DNA of 64,000 bases from an uncultured Alphaproteobacteria bacterium (GTDB lineage Bacteria; Pseudomonadota; Alphaproteobacteria; ATCC43930; CGMCC-115725): NCBI GenBank assembly GCA_963790875.1, contig CAWBQT010000008.1, positions 295,792 through 359,791 on the forward strand, written 5' to 3'. The notes beneath the pieces were generated by a model. The model was given only the letters and a program-made list of their open reading frames with translations, ran no database searches and was not told the DNA's origin. Both the position numbers and the translations under genes were made by a program. Shown here one piece after another: positions 10,698 through 21,152 of the stretch (position 1 is the first letter of the stretch; each line of letters starts with the position of its first letter).

Positions 10698-11453
10698 ATG
10701 GCGCGACTAGGCGGAACTGCGGCGATTGTCACGGGTGCCGCGCAAGGCATCGGCGCCACCTATGCAAAAGCGTTGGCGGCGGAGGGCGCGCGGCTGAGCG
10801 TGTGCGACCTCGATCCGCCCGACGCGGTGGTGCAGGCGATCCGCGCGACGGGCGCCGACGCGATCGGCCAGGTCTGCGATGTGAGCAACCCCCGGGCGGT
10901 GGCGGCGCTGGTGCAAGCAACCGAGCAGGCGTTCGGAGGCGTCCAGGTGCTGGTCAACAACGCGGCCCTCTTCGGCAAGATCGCGCAGAAACCGTTCACC
11001 GAAATCAACTCCGAGGAATGGGACCGGGTGATGGCGGTCAACACGCGCGGGCCGTTCGAATGCGTCAAGGCGGTGCTGCCGGTAATGCGCCGCCAACGCT
11101 ATGGCAAGATCATCAATATCGCCTCGGGCACGGTGTTCAAGGGCACGCCGATGATGCTGCATTATGTTGCGTCGAAAGGCGCCGTCGTTGCGATGACGCG
11201 GGCGATGGCCCGGGAACTGGGCGAGCATGGCATCTGCTGCAATGCACTGGCTCCGGGTCTCACCCTGAGCGACACGATCAAGGGCCGCAACGATTACGGC
11301 GGGCTGCGCGCGCTCAACGTCGAGAGCCGCGCGCTCAAACGCGAGGAAACGCCGGATGATCTCGTCGGCGCGTTGATCTTTCTCGCTTCGCACGACAGCG
11401 ACTTCATGACTGGACAGACGATGCTGGTCGACGGCGGCTCGGCGATGCACTGA
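10698..11453 (+). CDS. SDR family oxidoreductase
   Basis: TGAAQGIG cofactor motif, NNAA, YVASKGAV catalytic motif; 251 aa, intact. Confidence 0.9.
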   Translation: MARLGGTAAIVTGAAQGIGATYAKALAAEGARLSVCDLDPPDAVVQAIRATGADAIGQVCDVSNPRAVAALVQATEQAFGGVQVLVNNAALFGKIAQKPFTEINSEEWDRVMAVNTRGPFECVKAVLPVMRRQRYGKIINIASGTVFKGTPMMLHYVASKGAVVAMTRAMARELGEHGICCNALAPGLTLSDTIKGRNDYGGLRALNVESRALKREETPDDLVGALIFLASHDSDFMTGQTMLVDGGSAMH

Positions 11454-11457
11454 TCTT

Positions 11458-12483
11458 TTACGCCCGCCCGATCCGCGTCCGGACGATGCCATCCGTGACG
11501 CTCAACGGAGTGGCGCCGGTCGCCGCGGCCCGGCGCAGCACGTCGCGGGTGATGGCGCCGATGCGCGCGACCGCGGCGAGCACCGCCTCGGGCCGGTCGT
11601 CGATGGTTTCCTGGTGGAAGTCGATGACGCCGCCGGCGTTCGCCAGATAGTCGGGCACGAACACGACGCCGCGCGCCGCCAACGCCTCGTCGTGCCGCGC
11701 CTCCGCCAGCTGATTGTTGGCGCCGCCGCAGACGACGCGGCAGCGCAGCCGGGGGATGGTCGCGTCGTTGAGCACCGCACCGAACGCCGCCGGGGCGAAC
11801 GCGTCGACCTCTTGGGCGTAGATGTCCTCGGGGGCCGTCACGGTCGCGCCGTAGGCGGCGGCCGCCTGGGCGCAGAGGTTCGCGTCAAGGTCGCTGACCG
11901 CCAATGCCGCCCCCGCCGCCGACAAGAAGCCGCACAATGGCATGCCGACATTGCCCAGCCCCTGGACGGCAACTCGCAGCCCCTGCAGGTCGCCGCGGCC
12001 GAGGCAGACCTCCGCGGCGGCCCGCAGGGCCTCGAACACGCCGAACGCGGTCGCCGGCAAGGCTTGCTGCGCGGCCGCCGTCGCCGCCGCGGTATGGCGC
12101 GTCACTTCCCGCATGATCATCAAATCGGCGAGTGTCGTGCCGACGTCGTCGGCGGTGATGTAGCGGCCGCCGAACCCCTCGATGATTTGCCCCATCGCGC
12201 GCAGCAGGGCCGGCGTCTTGTCGCGGCGCGGATCGGCGATGATTACCGATTTGCCGCCGCCATAGGGCAGTTCGCAGATCGCCGCCTTGTAGGTCATGCC
12301 GCGCGAAAGGCGCAGCACGTCGGTCATCGCGTGGTGTTCGGTGGCATAGGGGTACATGCGGCAGCCGCCGAAGGCGGGGCCGAGCGCGGTATCGTGGATC
12401 GCGACCAGCGCCCGCAAACGGCTGGTCGCATCCTGTGCGAACAACAGCGCCTCATGACCGTCATAGTCGGGGTGACTGAACAT
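11458..12483 (-). CDS. Glu/Leu/Phe/Val dehydrogenase family (leucine/valine dehydrogenase-like)
   Basis: GPAFGGCRMYPY, LSRGMTYKAAICELPYGGGKSVII and GLGNVG Rossmann motif; 341 aa, intact. Confidence 0.85.
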   Translation of the reverse strand: MFSHPDYDGHEALLFAQDATSRLRALVAIHDTALGPAFGGCRMYPYATEHHAMTDVLRLSRGMTYKAAICELPYGGGKSVIIADPRRDKTPALLRAMGQIIEGFGGRYITADDVGTTLADLMIMREVTRHTAAATAAAQQALPATAFGVFEALRAAAEVCLGRGDLQGLRVAVQGLGNVGMPLCGFLSAAGAALAVSDLDANLCAQAAAAYGATVTAPEDIYAQEVDAFAPAAFGAVLNDATIPRLRCRVVCGGANNQLAEARHDEALAARGVVFVPDYLANAGGVIDFHQETIDDRPEAVLAAVARIGAITRDVLRRAAATGATPLSVTDGIVRTRIGRA

Positions 12484-12768
12484 GTCTTACCGACCCGTTG
12501 GCGCGGCGGCTGCATTGGCTCGCCCGGCCGCTAATATGGCGAAAAAGCCGACGGCGATCAAAGGCAGACAACTTTTGATTACCTGAACACTCGAGACGCC
12601 TCACTAATTCGATTTGTGTCTCTTCTTCTGATAGAACATTGTCCTTCAACTCTCTTCTCGCTGGATGCTTAAAAGCAACTCGCGGCGGGATGAATTCCAC
12701 CATACTGTTAGCCGCAAACAACGCTTCGACGCCATTGGCTCGGCGGTGGCCGCAATGGGCGGCCGGGG

Positions 12769-13233
12769 ATGGAGACGATGATCATACTCACGGTCAACGG
12801 GACGAGACATCGGCTCGATATCGAGCCGGAGACACCGCTCTTGTGGGTTGTGCGCGACGAGCTGGGTCTGACGGGCACCAAATTCGGCTGCGGTATCGCG
12901 CAATGCGGCTGCTGTACCGTGCATGTCGAGGGCGAGGCGGTGCGCTCGTGTTCGCTCGCGATCGGCGACGTCGACGGCAAGAGCATCACGACGATCGAAG
13001 GGCTCTCGCCCGACAGCCGGCATCCGGTACAGCTTGCCTGGCTCGCCGAGGACGTGCCGCAATGCGGCTATTGCCAGTCCGGACAGATCATGGCGGCGGC
13101 GGCCTTCCTCAAAGAGAACCCGCAGCCGAGCGACGCCGACATCGATGCGGGCATCACCAATATCTGCCGCTGCGGCACGTATTCTCGCATCCGCAGCGCG
13201 ATCCACCGCGCCGCGGCGCTGATGAGGGGCTGA
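12769..13233 (+). CDS. (2Fe-2S)-binding small subunit of a molybdenum hydroxylase (IorA/aldehyde oxidoreductase-like)
   Basis: [12 protein letters not shown] and [11 protein letters not shown]...CRCGTY cysteine clusters. The start may instead be 12778. Confidence 0.9.
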   Translation: METMIILTVNGTRHRLDIEPETPLLWVVRDELGLTGTKFGCGIAQCGCCTVHVEGEAVRSCSLAIGDVDGKSITTIEGLSPDSRHPVQLAWLAEDVPQCGYCQSGQIMAAAAFLKENPQPSDADIDAGITNICRCGTYSRIRSAIHRAAALMRG

Positions 13234-13240
13234 GCAGGCC

Positions 13241-15421
13241 ATGGACGCAAACAGCGCAACGTCGGTGCTGTCGCGCCGCCGGTTCATCGTCACCGGATTG
13301 ACCGCGGCGGGTGGCTTCGCCGTCGGCATCCGTCCCGCCGGGGCGCTGCCGATCGCGGCGCAGCCGTGGAGCCCCGAGGCCGCCGATCCGCACGAGATGA
13401 ATGCCTGGCTCGTCGTCGAGCCCGACGACACGATCATCATTCGCTATCCGCGCTCGGAGATGGGGCAGGGCAGCTTCACCGCCCTGCCGATGATGGTCGC
13501 CGAGGAACTCGAGGCCGACTGGTCGAAAGTAAAGGCTGAGTTTGCCTCGGCCAACCGCAACCTGCGCGAGGAATTCGTCTACGGCAAGGACATGTCTTCG
13601 GTTGGCAGCCACTCGGTCCGGTTTTCGCATCAGCAGATGCAGCAAGTCGGCGCCTCGGCGCGGGTGCGGCTCGTGCTCGCCGCGGCCAAGCGCTGGGGCG
13701 TACCCGAGGCGGAGTGCGAAGCCCGGCTCAGCAAGGTCACGCACGCCCCGACCGGGCGCAGCCTAGGCTACGGCGCGCTTGCCGCGGACGCGGCGAGCAT
13801 CGCGCTCGACAAGGAGCCCGACATCAAGCCGCCCGAAAAATTCACTCTCGCCGGCACGCCCAAGCCGCGCCTCGACGTGCCGCTCAAAATCAACGGCACC
13901 GCGGCCTACGGCATCGACACCCGGGTGCCGGGGATGGTCTATGCCGCCGTGCTCGGTTGCCCGGTAGCGGGCGGGACGCTGAACGGCGTCGACGACGCGG
14001 CGGCGAAGCGGATGCGCGGCGTCATGGCGGTGGTCAGGCTCGACAACGCCGCCGTCGTCGTCGCCGACCGATTCTGGCGCGCCAAGCAGGCCGTGCAAGC
14101 ACTGAAAGTCCAGTGGAACCCGGGTCCCGGCGCCGGCAGCTCCAGCGCCCAATTTGCCAGGGCCTATCGCGACGCGCTCGCCGGCCCGGCCGCGACGGCG
14201 CGCAACGACGGCGATGTCGACAAGGCGATAGAAGGTGCCGCCAAACGCATCGAGGCCCTCTACGAGGTGCCGTACCTCGCGCACGCGCCGATGGAGCCGC
14301 TCAACGCCACCGCGCACTATCGGCCCGAGCGGCTCGACGTGTGGATCGGGACGCAGAATGCGCTCCTGACCCTGAGGACCGCGGCCAGGACGGCCGGCCT
14401 GCCGCCTGACAAGGTTTTCATCCACAACTGCTTCTGTGGCGGCGGCTTCGGCCGGCGCTCGTTCAACGACGAGATGGTCCAGGCGATCCATGTGTCCAAG
14501 GCGATCGGCAAGCCGGTCAAGCTCGTATGGACGCGCGAGGAGGACATCCGGCACGACCGCTTCCGCCCGCAGGCCGCGATCCGCTTCAAGGCCGCATTTG
14601 CGGCCGACGGCACGCCGACCGCGCTCGACATCCGCACCGTCGTCGGTTCGCTCTTGCGCTCCACCGGCATCAGCAAGGTCGAAAGCGGCATCGAGCCGAT
14701 GGCGGTCGAAGGGCTCGCCAATTCGCCCTACGCGGTTGCCAGCACGCGCGTCGACTGCGTGTTGAAGAACACGCATATCCCGGTGTCGTTCTGGCGCTCG
14801 GTCGGCAGCTCGCAAAACGCCTTCGCGATCGAGAGCTTCATCGACGAGATGGCGCATGCCGCGGGACAAGACCCCTACCAATTCCGGCGCAAGCTGCTCG
14901 CCGGCCGGGCGGACTTCGTCAAGGTGCTGGATCTGCTCGCCGAGCGGAGCGACTGGGCAAAGCCGCTGCCGGCCGGGGCCGGCCGCGGCATCGCCGTCCA
15001 CGAGTGTTACGGCTCGATCGTCGGGGCGGTGGCCGAGGTGGCGGTGACGAAAGGCGAGGTCAAGGTCATGCGGGCCGTCGTGGCACTCGATTGCGGGCAC
15101 GCGGTCAATCCGCTGACAGTGGCGGAGCAGCTCGAAGGAGGCACGATCTGGGGCCTATCGGCGGCGCTCTTCGGCAAGAACACCGTCAAGGACGGCGCCA
15201 TCGTCGAGACCAATTTCGACAGCTATCCGGTCGTGCGACTGGCCGAGACGCCAAAGATCGAGACTCATCTCGCTTTGGCCGGCGGCAAGAAATGGGGCGG
15301 GGTCGGCGAGCCGGGCGCCGCACCGATCGCGCCGGCGGTCACCAACGCGATCTTCGCCGCCACCGGCAATCGCATCCGCCAGCTGCCGATCCGCGATACC
15401 GATCTCTCGGGCCATGCGTGA
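13241..15421 (+). CDS. molybdopterin-dependent oxidoreductase large subunit (IorB/aldehyde dehydrogenase-like) with Tat signal
   Basis: [18 protein letters not shown] twin-arginine leader, GGGFGRR motif. 726 aa, starts 8 nt after the 2Fe-2S gene. Confidence 0.9.
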   Translation: MDANSATSVLSRRRFIVTGLTAAGGFAVGIRPAGALPIAAQPWSPEAADPHEMNAWLVVEPDDTIIIRYPRSEMGQGSFTALPMMVAEELEADWSKVKAEFASANRNLREEFVYGKDMSSVGSHSVRFSHQQMQQVGASARVRLVLAAAKRWGVPEAECEARLSKVTHAPTGRSLGYGALAADAASIALDKEPDIKPPEKFTLAGTPKPRLDVPLKINGTAAYGIDTRVPGMVYAAVLGCPVAGGTLNGVDDAAAKRMRGVMAVVRLDNAAVVVADRFWRAKQAVQALKVQWNPGPGAGSSSAQFARAYRDALAGPAATARNDGDVDKAIEGAAKRIEALYEVPYLAHAPMEPLNATAHYRPERLDVWIGTQNALLTLRTAARTAGLPPDKVFIHNCFCGGGFGRRSFNDEMVQAIHVSKAIGKPVKLVWTREEDIRHDRFRPQAAIRFKAAFAADGTPTALDIRTVVGSLLRSTGISKVESGIEPMAVEGLANSPYAVASTRVDCVLKNTHIPVSFWRSVGSSQNAFAIESFIDEMAHAAGQDPYQFRRKLLAGRADFVKVLDLLAERSDWAKPLPAGAGRGIAVHECYGSIVGAVAEVAVTKGEVKVMRAVVALDCGHAVNPLTVAEQLEGGTIWGLSAALFGKNTVKDGAIVETNFDSYPVVRLAETPKIETHLALAGGKKWGGVGEPGAAPIAPAVTNAIFAATGNRIRQLPIRDTDLSGHA

Positions 15422-15449
15422 GCGGCCGGCAGCAGGACGAGCGGCGAGC

Positions 15450-15526
15450 CTAGTGTCGTGGTTTCGAAGTTCGCCCCATTACCTATATCGCGCTCCGAGC
15501 GAACTTCGAAACCAAAACGACACTAG
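15450..15526. repeat. long hairpin element, CTAGTGTC...GACACTAG type, copy A
   Basis: ctagtgtcgtggtttcgaagttcgc pairs with gcgaacttcgaaaccaaaacgacactag (3-nt bulge). Lies between convergent genes. Confidence 0.8.
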
Positions 15527-15539
15527 GAACAATAAGTTG

Positions 15540-15615
15540 CTAGTGTCCCTTTGATCCCGAAATTCGCCCAAAGCCCGATATCAATCCGATGCGAATTTCG
15601 GGATCGGGACACTAG
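15540..15615. repeat. long hairpin element, CTAGTGTC...GACACTAG type, copy B
   Basis: ctagtgtccctttgatcccgaaattcgc pairs with gcgaatttcgggatcgggacactag (3-nt bulge). Shares termini and the inner GAAnTTCGC core with copy A. Confidence 0.8.
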
Positions 15616-15675
15616 GCAGGCGACAAGCGCGGCAGCAGGTGCTCCTTGCTGTCTTGGATCGCCAACAGAATGCCG

Positions 15676-16848
15676 CTAGAACTTATACTCGGGACCGTCG
15701 ACGTACCGGAACCGCTCCAGCGCATCCTTGCGCAGCGTGAAACCGAGGCCCGGCCGGTCGGGCGCATGCACCATGCCGTCCGGACGGATGTCGAACGGCT
15801 CCTCGAAGAGCTCCCACATCATCGGCATGTAACCTTGGGTTACCTCGAGGATGTGGCAATTCGGGGCCGCCATCGCGACGTGAATGCTCGCGGCGAACAG
15901 AACTCCACTGCCCCAAGCATGTGGCGCCAGGCGCACACCGTGTGCCGAAGCAAGTGCTGCAATACGCCGGATCTCGGTCATGCCGCCCGCGCGGGCGACG
16001 TCCGGCTGCGCGATATCGAGCGCACGGCGCTCGAGCAGATCCTGGAAGTCGAACCGCGTGAACTCGCGCTCCCCCGAGGCAATGGCGATCGTCGTCGATC
16101 GGCGCACCTCCGCCTGACCGGCGTGATCGTCCGGCGAGACCGGCTCCTCGAACCAGGCGATGTCGAGGGGCTCGAGCTCCTTGGCAAGCTTGATGGCGGT
16201 CGCAACCTCGAGCGAGCCGTGCGCATCGATCATCAGTTCGACGTTGGGGCCGAGCCCGCGGCGGGCCGACTTCACCCGGCGCACACAGTTGGAGATCGAG
16301 AAGCCGTCGCGCCCCACCACGCGCATCTTGGCAGCGGTGAAGCCTTTCGCGGCGTAGCCCGCGAGTTCCGCCTCGGCCTCGTCGCCCGGCGCCCAGCCGC
16401 CGCTCGCATAGCCCCGCACCGCGCGGCGCACCGCGCCAAGCGCCTGGTAGAGCGGAATGCCGAGGGCTTGCGCTTTGACGTCCCATACCGCGATGTCGAC
16501 GCCGGAAATTGCTTCCATGAAGACGCCGCGGCGTCGGCTTTCATCGGCCTGTGTGACGCCACGCTCGAGCGCCGGCCTACTGCGCGAGCCGCTATACATC
16601 TTTTCGTAGATGCGCTCGGAGAACATCGGATCCTCATCGACGCATTCCGCCGCGAGCTCGTGCTCGACGATGGCTGCGACGATCGGCGGCGTCCCGAGAG
16701 CCGCGCCAATGCCGGTGAGCCCGCCGTCGGTTTCGACGCGGATTAGTGTCGCATCGCTCTTGACCTTTGTTCCGAGGTCGGTGCGGTGACGCTTTTCCTC
16801 CGGAACGGGTGCCGACATTGGAATCGCGGAGACTTTGATGATTTTCAT
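15676..16848 (-). CDS. mandelate racemase/muconate lactonizing enzyme family (enolase superfamily) dehydratase
   Basis: 390-aa intact ORF. Has MKIIKVSAIPMS...LIRVETDGGLTGIG and the later WFEEP / DIAQPDV motifs typical of the family. Confidence 0.85.
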   Translation of the reverse strand: MKIIKVSAIPMSAPVPEEKRHRTDLGTKVKSDATLIRVETDGGLTGIGAALGTPPIVAAIVEHELAAECVDEDPMFSERIYEKMYSGSRSRPALERGVTQADESRRRGVFMEAISGVDIAVWDVKAQALGIPLYQALGAVRRAVRGYASGGWAPGDEAEAELAGYAAKGFTAAKMRVVGRDGFSISNCVRRVKSARRGLGPNVELMIDAHGSLEVATAIKLAKELEPLDIAWFEEPVSPDDHAGQAEVRRSTTIAIASGEREFTRFDFQDLLERRALDIAQPDVARAGGMTEIRRIAALASAHGVRLAPHAWGSGVLFAASIHVAMAAPNCHILEVTQGYMPMMWELFEEPFDIRPDGMVHAPDRPGLGFTLRKDALERFRYVDGPEYKF

Positions 16849-16893
16849 GGGTCGTTCTTTCCTGGTCGGGCGGCCTGTCTCGATTTGGCTTGT

Positions 16894-17424
16894 TTACCCC
16901 TGCGGCCAGTCGATGCGGATGGGATCGCGCCCGTCCCAGTTCAGGGCCGCTTTGCGCACCTGGTCGAAGATGCGCATGCGGACGGGTGTCGCCTCCGCCA
17001 TCTCGATCACCGTGCCGGGGTGCCCTTCATTGAGGAAATAGATGAAAGGGCCGCGCGGCGTGTCACCCTCCTGGCCAATCTGCCAGCCGGATCCGAGCGC
17101 GCGCTCGCGGATCTCGTGGTAGTTCACCGGCCAGCTCGACCAATGCTGCATCCCCTCGTAGCCGGCGGCGAGGAAATCGCGATAGAGGCTCGGCACGTCG
17201 TTGCGCTGCTGGATCAGCTCGAGCTGCACCTCGCCCGAGTTGGCAAGCGCGATCGACACTTTGAGATCGTAGGGCCGGCCCTTGTAACGGAATTCATCCA
17301 ATGGCAGCTGCTCGGCGTAGAACCACGGGCCGACGCCGCACACCTCGACCCAGTGGCGCATCGCCTTCTCGATGTCGCGTACGACGATCCCGACCTGCCG
17401 CATCGGCCCGAACAACCTGCTCAT
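16894..17424 (-). CDS. VOC family protein (glyoxalase/dioxygenase fold)
   Basis: Start taken at MSRLFGPMRQVGIVVRDIEKAMRHW inside ORF 16894..17646. The N-terminal 74 codons of that ORF look non-coding. Confidence 0.7.
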   Translation of the reverse strand: MSRLFGPMRQVGIVVRDIEKAMRHWVEVCGVGPWFYAEQLPLDEFRYKGRPYDLKVSIALANSGEVQLELIQQRNDVPSLYRDFLAAGYEGMQHWSSWPVNYHEIRERALGSGWQIGQEGDTPRGPFIYFLNEGHPGTVIEMAEATPVRMRIFDQVRKAALNWDGRDPIRIDWPQG

Positions 17425-17717
17425 CGTCTTCTCCGTTTCCTGGTCGCGGAATCCTCGGATCAAAAGGATACGCCAGATCCTGATGTCGCCGCAGATCCTC
17501 TCCGGGAAAAAGGCACGCCATCGCCGCAGCACCCGCGGGAGCCTTGCTCGGCGGTGGAGGCGCCGCGAAGGATGAAGTCGGCGATGCGTGACGGTGTTCA
17601 CGGAGGAGCTGCCGTGGCTCAAGGGCGGCGACCGCGAGCTCGTCATGGGCGTGCGGTGTGCGACTGGGTGGGCCGGAGCCGTCCCGCCTGGGGGCGGGCG
17701 GGAGCAGGGGACGCGGG

Positions 17718-18351
17718 ATGAGGCCTTATGTGATCTGCCATATGAACTCGAGCGTCGACGGCCGCATCCTGGGCAGCCGCTGGCGGCCGAGCGAAAACCG
17801 CATGGCGGGGCTGTTCGAGCGCATACACGAAGAGCTCAGCGGCGGCTCGTGGCTGATCGGCCGCGTCACCGGCAGTGAGTACGCCAAGGCGCAGGCCTAC
17901 CCGAGCCACGCGGAGCAGACCTATCCGCGGGAATGCTGGTTCGCGCGGCGCGATGCGAACGCTTACGGCATCGCACTCGACGCCCAGGGCAAGATCGCCT
18001 GGGGGCGGTCCGATATCGGCGGCGACCCGGTCGTCGCGGTGCTGACCGAGCGGGTCTCCGACGCGCACCTGGCGGGGCTGCGCCAGGACGGCGTCTCCTA
18101 CATTTCCGGCGGCGAGCGGGAGCTCGATCTCGGGTTGGTGCTCGAGATTTTGCACCGCGAGCTGGGGGTCGAACGCCTGCTGCTGGAAGGTGGGGGCGAA
18201 GCCGACGGCGCGAAGGGCGCGCCGAGCATCTTCGACTCCATGCGACAGGGACGCCGGCGTATCGGCGCCGATCACCTCGATGACGCTGACGAGCACCGAG
18301 GTACTGGAGGGTGGCGCGGTCTGGCTCCGCTATCGGCTCCAGAACCGCTGA
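17718..18351 (+). pseudogene. RibD C-terminal domain / dihydrofolate reductase family protein, disrupted
   Basis: MRPYVICHMNSSVDGRILG...LLLEGGGE is in ORF 17658..18491. The C-terminus APITSMTLTSTEVLEGGAVWLRYRLQNR* is in the +1 frame (shift near 18240). GGGE-ADGAKGAPSIFDS also looks like an internal ~20-aa deletion relative to my recollection of the family. Confidence 0.65.
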
Positions 18352-18502
18352 TGCGACGGCGACGGAGGCCGGCTAGTCGCCGGCCCCGCCAGAGCGCTCC
18401 CGCGACGGATCCCAGACACGCGTTCGTGAGGTGCGCGCCTGTCGGGCCGAGGCGAGAATCTTCCGGCAAGGACGGCCCTCCTCGGTTTTGATCGGCGACA
18501 AC

Positions 18503-18888
18503 TCAGGCAGCCGGCATGCGATGCAGCGCGCACAGTTTGTTGCCGTCGGGATCGCGAAGATAGGCGAGATATATCTCGCCGGCGGCCCCTTGGCGCACGC
18601 CAGGCGGGTCCTCGATCGTCGTGCCGCCATTCGCGACACCGGCTTTGTGCCATGCGTCGGCCCGCTTGGGTCGCTCACCAAGAAGCCGATCGTGCCGCCG
18701 TTGGCATGGGTCGCGGGTTTGCCGTCGATGGGTTTGGACACCATGAAACGCCCGCCATTGTGCGCGTAAGCCAGCCGGCCTCTGGCGTCTTCAACGCTGG
18801 GTTGACCGCCTATCGCGATAAAAAGGGCATCATAGAATTTTTTCGACCGTGCGATGTCGTTACTCCCGACCATAACATGGCTGAACAT
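18503..18888 (-). pseudogene. VOC family protein (glyoxalase-like), frameshifted
   Basis: MFSHVMVGSNDIARSKKFYDALF...IGFLVSDP is in ORF 18373..18936. The C-terminus WHKAGVANGGTTIEDPPGVRQGAAGEIYLAYLRDPDGNKLCALHRMPAA* is in another frame, with one base missing near 18660. Confidence 0.75.
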
Positions 18889-18960
18889 TCCGTTGTCTCC
18901 TCTCAGGATCATATGTTGCCGCCGCGTCCGCCTCACAAGCAGTACACGGCTTACCAGCTT

Positions 18961-20241
18961 TTATGTCGGTATCCGCACGTTCATCTCGGTAATACCGTGA
19001 ATCAGATTCGAGTAGGCCCGCTTCGGTCTCTCCACCACCTCGATCGGCGGGAACCGCTTCAGGATTTCCTCCCACAGGATCGTCAACTGCATTTCGGCCA
19101 GCCGGTTTCCGACGCAGCGATGAATGCCGAACCCGAAGGACAGATGCTGACGGGGCCGCCCGCGATCGATGATAAAACGATCCGGATCTTCGATCTCCTC
19201 GGGATCCCGGTTGCCTGATATGTACCACATCGCGACCTTTTGACCCTTGCGGATCTCTTTCCCGTTCAACTCGGCATCGCGCAACGCGGTGCGGCGCATG
19301 TGCACAACCGGTGATTGGTACCGGATGATTTCGGGCACCATTTTCGGGATCAGATCGGGATTGGCCCGCAGCTTCGCGTATTCTTCGGGGGACTGGTTCA
19401 AGAACCACAGGCCGCCACTGATCGAGTTGCGCGTCGTATCGTTGCCCCCGACTATCAGCAGAAGCAGATTGCCCATAAACTCATTCGGCCGTGACGGCAG
19501 ATCGTGCGTCGCTTCGCCGTGCGCCAGCATCGAGATCAGGTCGAATTTCGGCGGCTGTTTCTGCCTTATTCTCCAGACATCGGCGAAATAGCTGACCATT
19601 TCTTGCATGACGAGGTCGCGCTTTTCCTCCGAGTCGATTTCCGTGCCGGCGCGGGTGTTCACAGTGGCCACATTCGACCAGCGGGTCAGAGTCCGCCGCT
19701 CCTCGAACGGGAAATCAAACAACGTCGACAGCATCTGCGTCGTCAGCTCGACCGAGACACGATCGACCCAGTCGAACACCTCACCGCGTGGCAGGTCTTC
19801 CAGGATGCGAATCGCCCGCTCGCGAATTGTGGTGGACATTTTCGCCAGATTCGGCGGGGCGACAATTGGTGAGACGATCTTCCGCTGCTCGTCGTGCCGT
19901 GGGGGATCCATGGCGATGAAGCTTTCCTTCCTGAACGGCAACGGGACGTCTTTCAGCGTGATGCCCCCCAACGCGGCGTCGGAGGAGTAGATCTGCTGTG
20001 AAGTGTCGACGGTCATGATGTCCCGGTATCGGGTCACCGACCAATACGGACCGTATAAAGGGCTGTCGACGAAGTGCACCGGATCCTCGCCCCGCAGCCG
20101 AGCGAAGAAGCCCTGCCACGTGTCCTCGGAATATAAGTATGGATTGCTGACGTCGATTTCGTGCAGCGGCACAGACCACGGATCGCGATGCGCCTCGGCC
20201 TTGAAGTCGATGGAGTTCCGCGGGGCGACAGGCGCGTTCAT
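18961..20241 (-). CDS. cytochrome P450 (CYP153-like)
   Basis: Heme loop FGFGIHRCVGNRLAE. The N-terminal block IDVSNPYLYSEDTWQGFFARLRGEDPVHFVDSPLYGPYWSVTRYRDIMTVD resembles CYP153 hydroxylases from memory. 426 aa, intact. Confidence 0.88.
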   Translation of the reverse strand: MNAPVAPRNSIDFKAEAHRDPWSVPLHEIDVSNPYLYSEDTWQGFFARLRGEDPVHFVDSPLYGPYWSVTRYRDIMTVDTSQQIYSSDAALGGITLKDVPLPFRKESFIAMDPPRHDEQRKIVSPIVAPPNLAKMSTTIRERAIRILEDLPRGEVFDWVDRVSVELTTQMLSTLFDFPFEERRTLTRWSNVATVNTRAGTEIDSEEKRDLVMQEMVSYFADVWRIRQKQPPKFDLISMLAHGEATHDLPSRPNEFMGNLLLLIVGGNDTTRNSISGGLWFLNQSPEEYAKLRANPDLIPKMVPEIIRYQSPVVHMRRTALRDAELNGKEIRKGQKVAMWYISGNRDPEEIEDPDRFIIDRGRPRQHLSFGFGIHRCVGNRLAEMQLTILWEEILKRFPPIEVVERPKRAYSNLIHGITEMNVRIPT

Positions 20242-20260
20242 TGGATTTTCCTCTCGCAGT

Positions 20261-20570
20261 TCAAGGCGGCGTCGCCGAGATCTCCGGGTCAGAATGCGCG
20301 CTGCCCGGTAGATACGTCGACCAAAAATGGCGTGGTATGGATGCAGCGCCGCAAATCGCGCCGACGATGGGGACGAACCTGTTCTGCGGGTTGAACCCGG
20401 TTACGCCATGGCCCCCAACCTCGGTAACGATAATCCCGCCGACAAATGCGCCGACATGCCAAGAACGACATCGGGAAAGAGCCCGCGCCGCGGGCCGCTC
20501 CGGTTGCGGATCTCACTGGCGATAAACCCAGCGGTGAGCCCTAGAGGGGCGGAGCGAGGCGATACCCCTT
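20261..20570 (-). pseudogene. GlsB/YeaQ/YmgE (transglycosylase-associated) family membrane protein remnant
   Basis: LGLTAGFIASEIRNRSGPRRGLFPDVVLG in one frame, then VGAFVGGIIVTEVGGHGVTGFNPQNRFVPIVGAICGAA in another. No intact start codon. Confidence 0.4.
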
Positions 20571-20933
20571 GCGCTGAGCAAAGCGAAGGCTGACGGCCAT
20601 GTGCCGCAGCTGCGATCAACCCGGGTCGTCTTTCGGCGTGTACGCATTGCCCGATGCCAAAAACGAAGGTTCCGATGATCGGCCGGAGAGCCGCTGACGT
20701 GCGCGAAGGTCGGGTTCCTCGCCCTCGGGGAAGCTGGCCGGTGCCCGAATTGCTAGGGGCAGACCTCTCCGGGGCTACCGCCTTGGCAACGAACGCGCTA
20801 AACATGATTCGAGGAAGACCACGACCCCTCCACCTCGGACCAGCTTTTGTATGAGGCGAGGATCTGCGTATCGCTCATGGCGTCCGCGGGGGTGACGGTG
20901 TTATGCTCGGTCCTGCTGACAAGCAGATGGCTA

Positions 20934-21126
20934 ATGATCGATATAGATGGTAAGGCCACTCGTGTTCTGGGGTTGGTTGTTGTCGCGTTAGCGGCCTCAG
21001 TGAGTTCTACGTTGGCGACTGCCTCGCCAAATAGCGTGATCGATCTTACCTATGACGCGCTGATGGATATGGTGCGCCCCGAAGTCCACCCAGGCATCGT
21101 CGTACATCACAATCTTCAGATTACCG
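20934..21126 (+). pseudogene. hypothetical secreted protein, 5' part (split by IS66)
   Basis: MIDIDGKATRVLGLVVVALAASVSSTLATA signal-like N-terminus. The frame runs ...HHNLQIT straight into the IS66 end at 21127. Confidence 0.55.
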
Positions 21127-21152
21127 GTAAGCGGGGTCGCCGAGGCACGCCC

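Noticed and set aside
12668-12680. 13-nt match taaaagcaactcg, also present at 30677-30689
   Set aside because: Tens of chance 13-mer matches are expected in 64 kb, and the two sites have no consistent position relative to genes.
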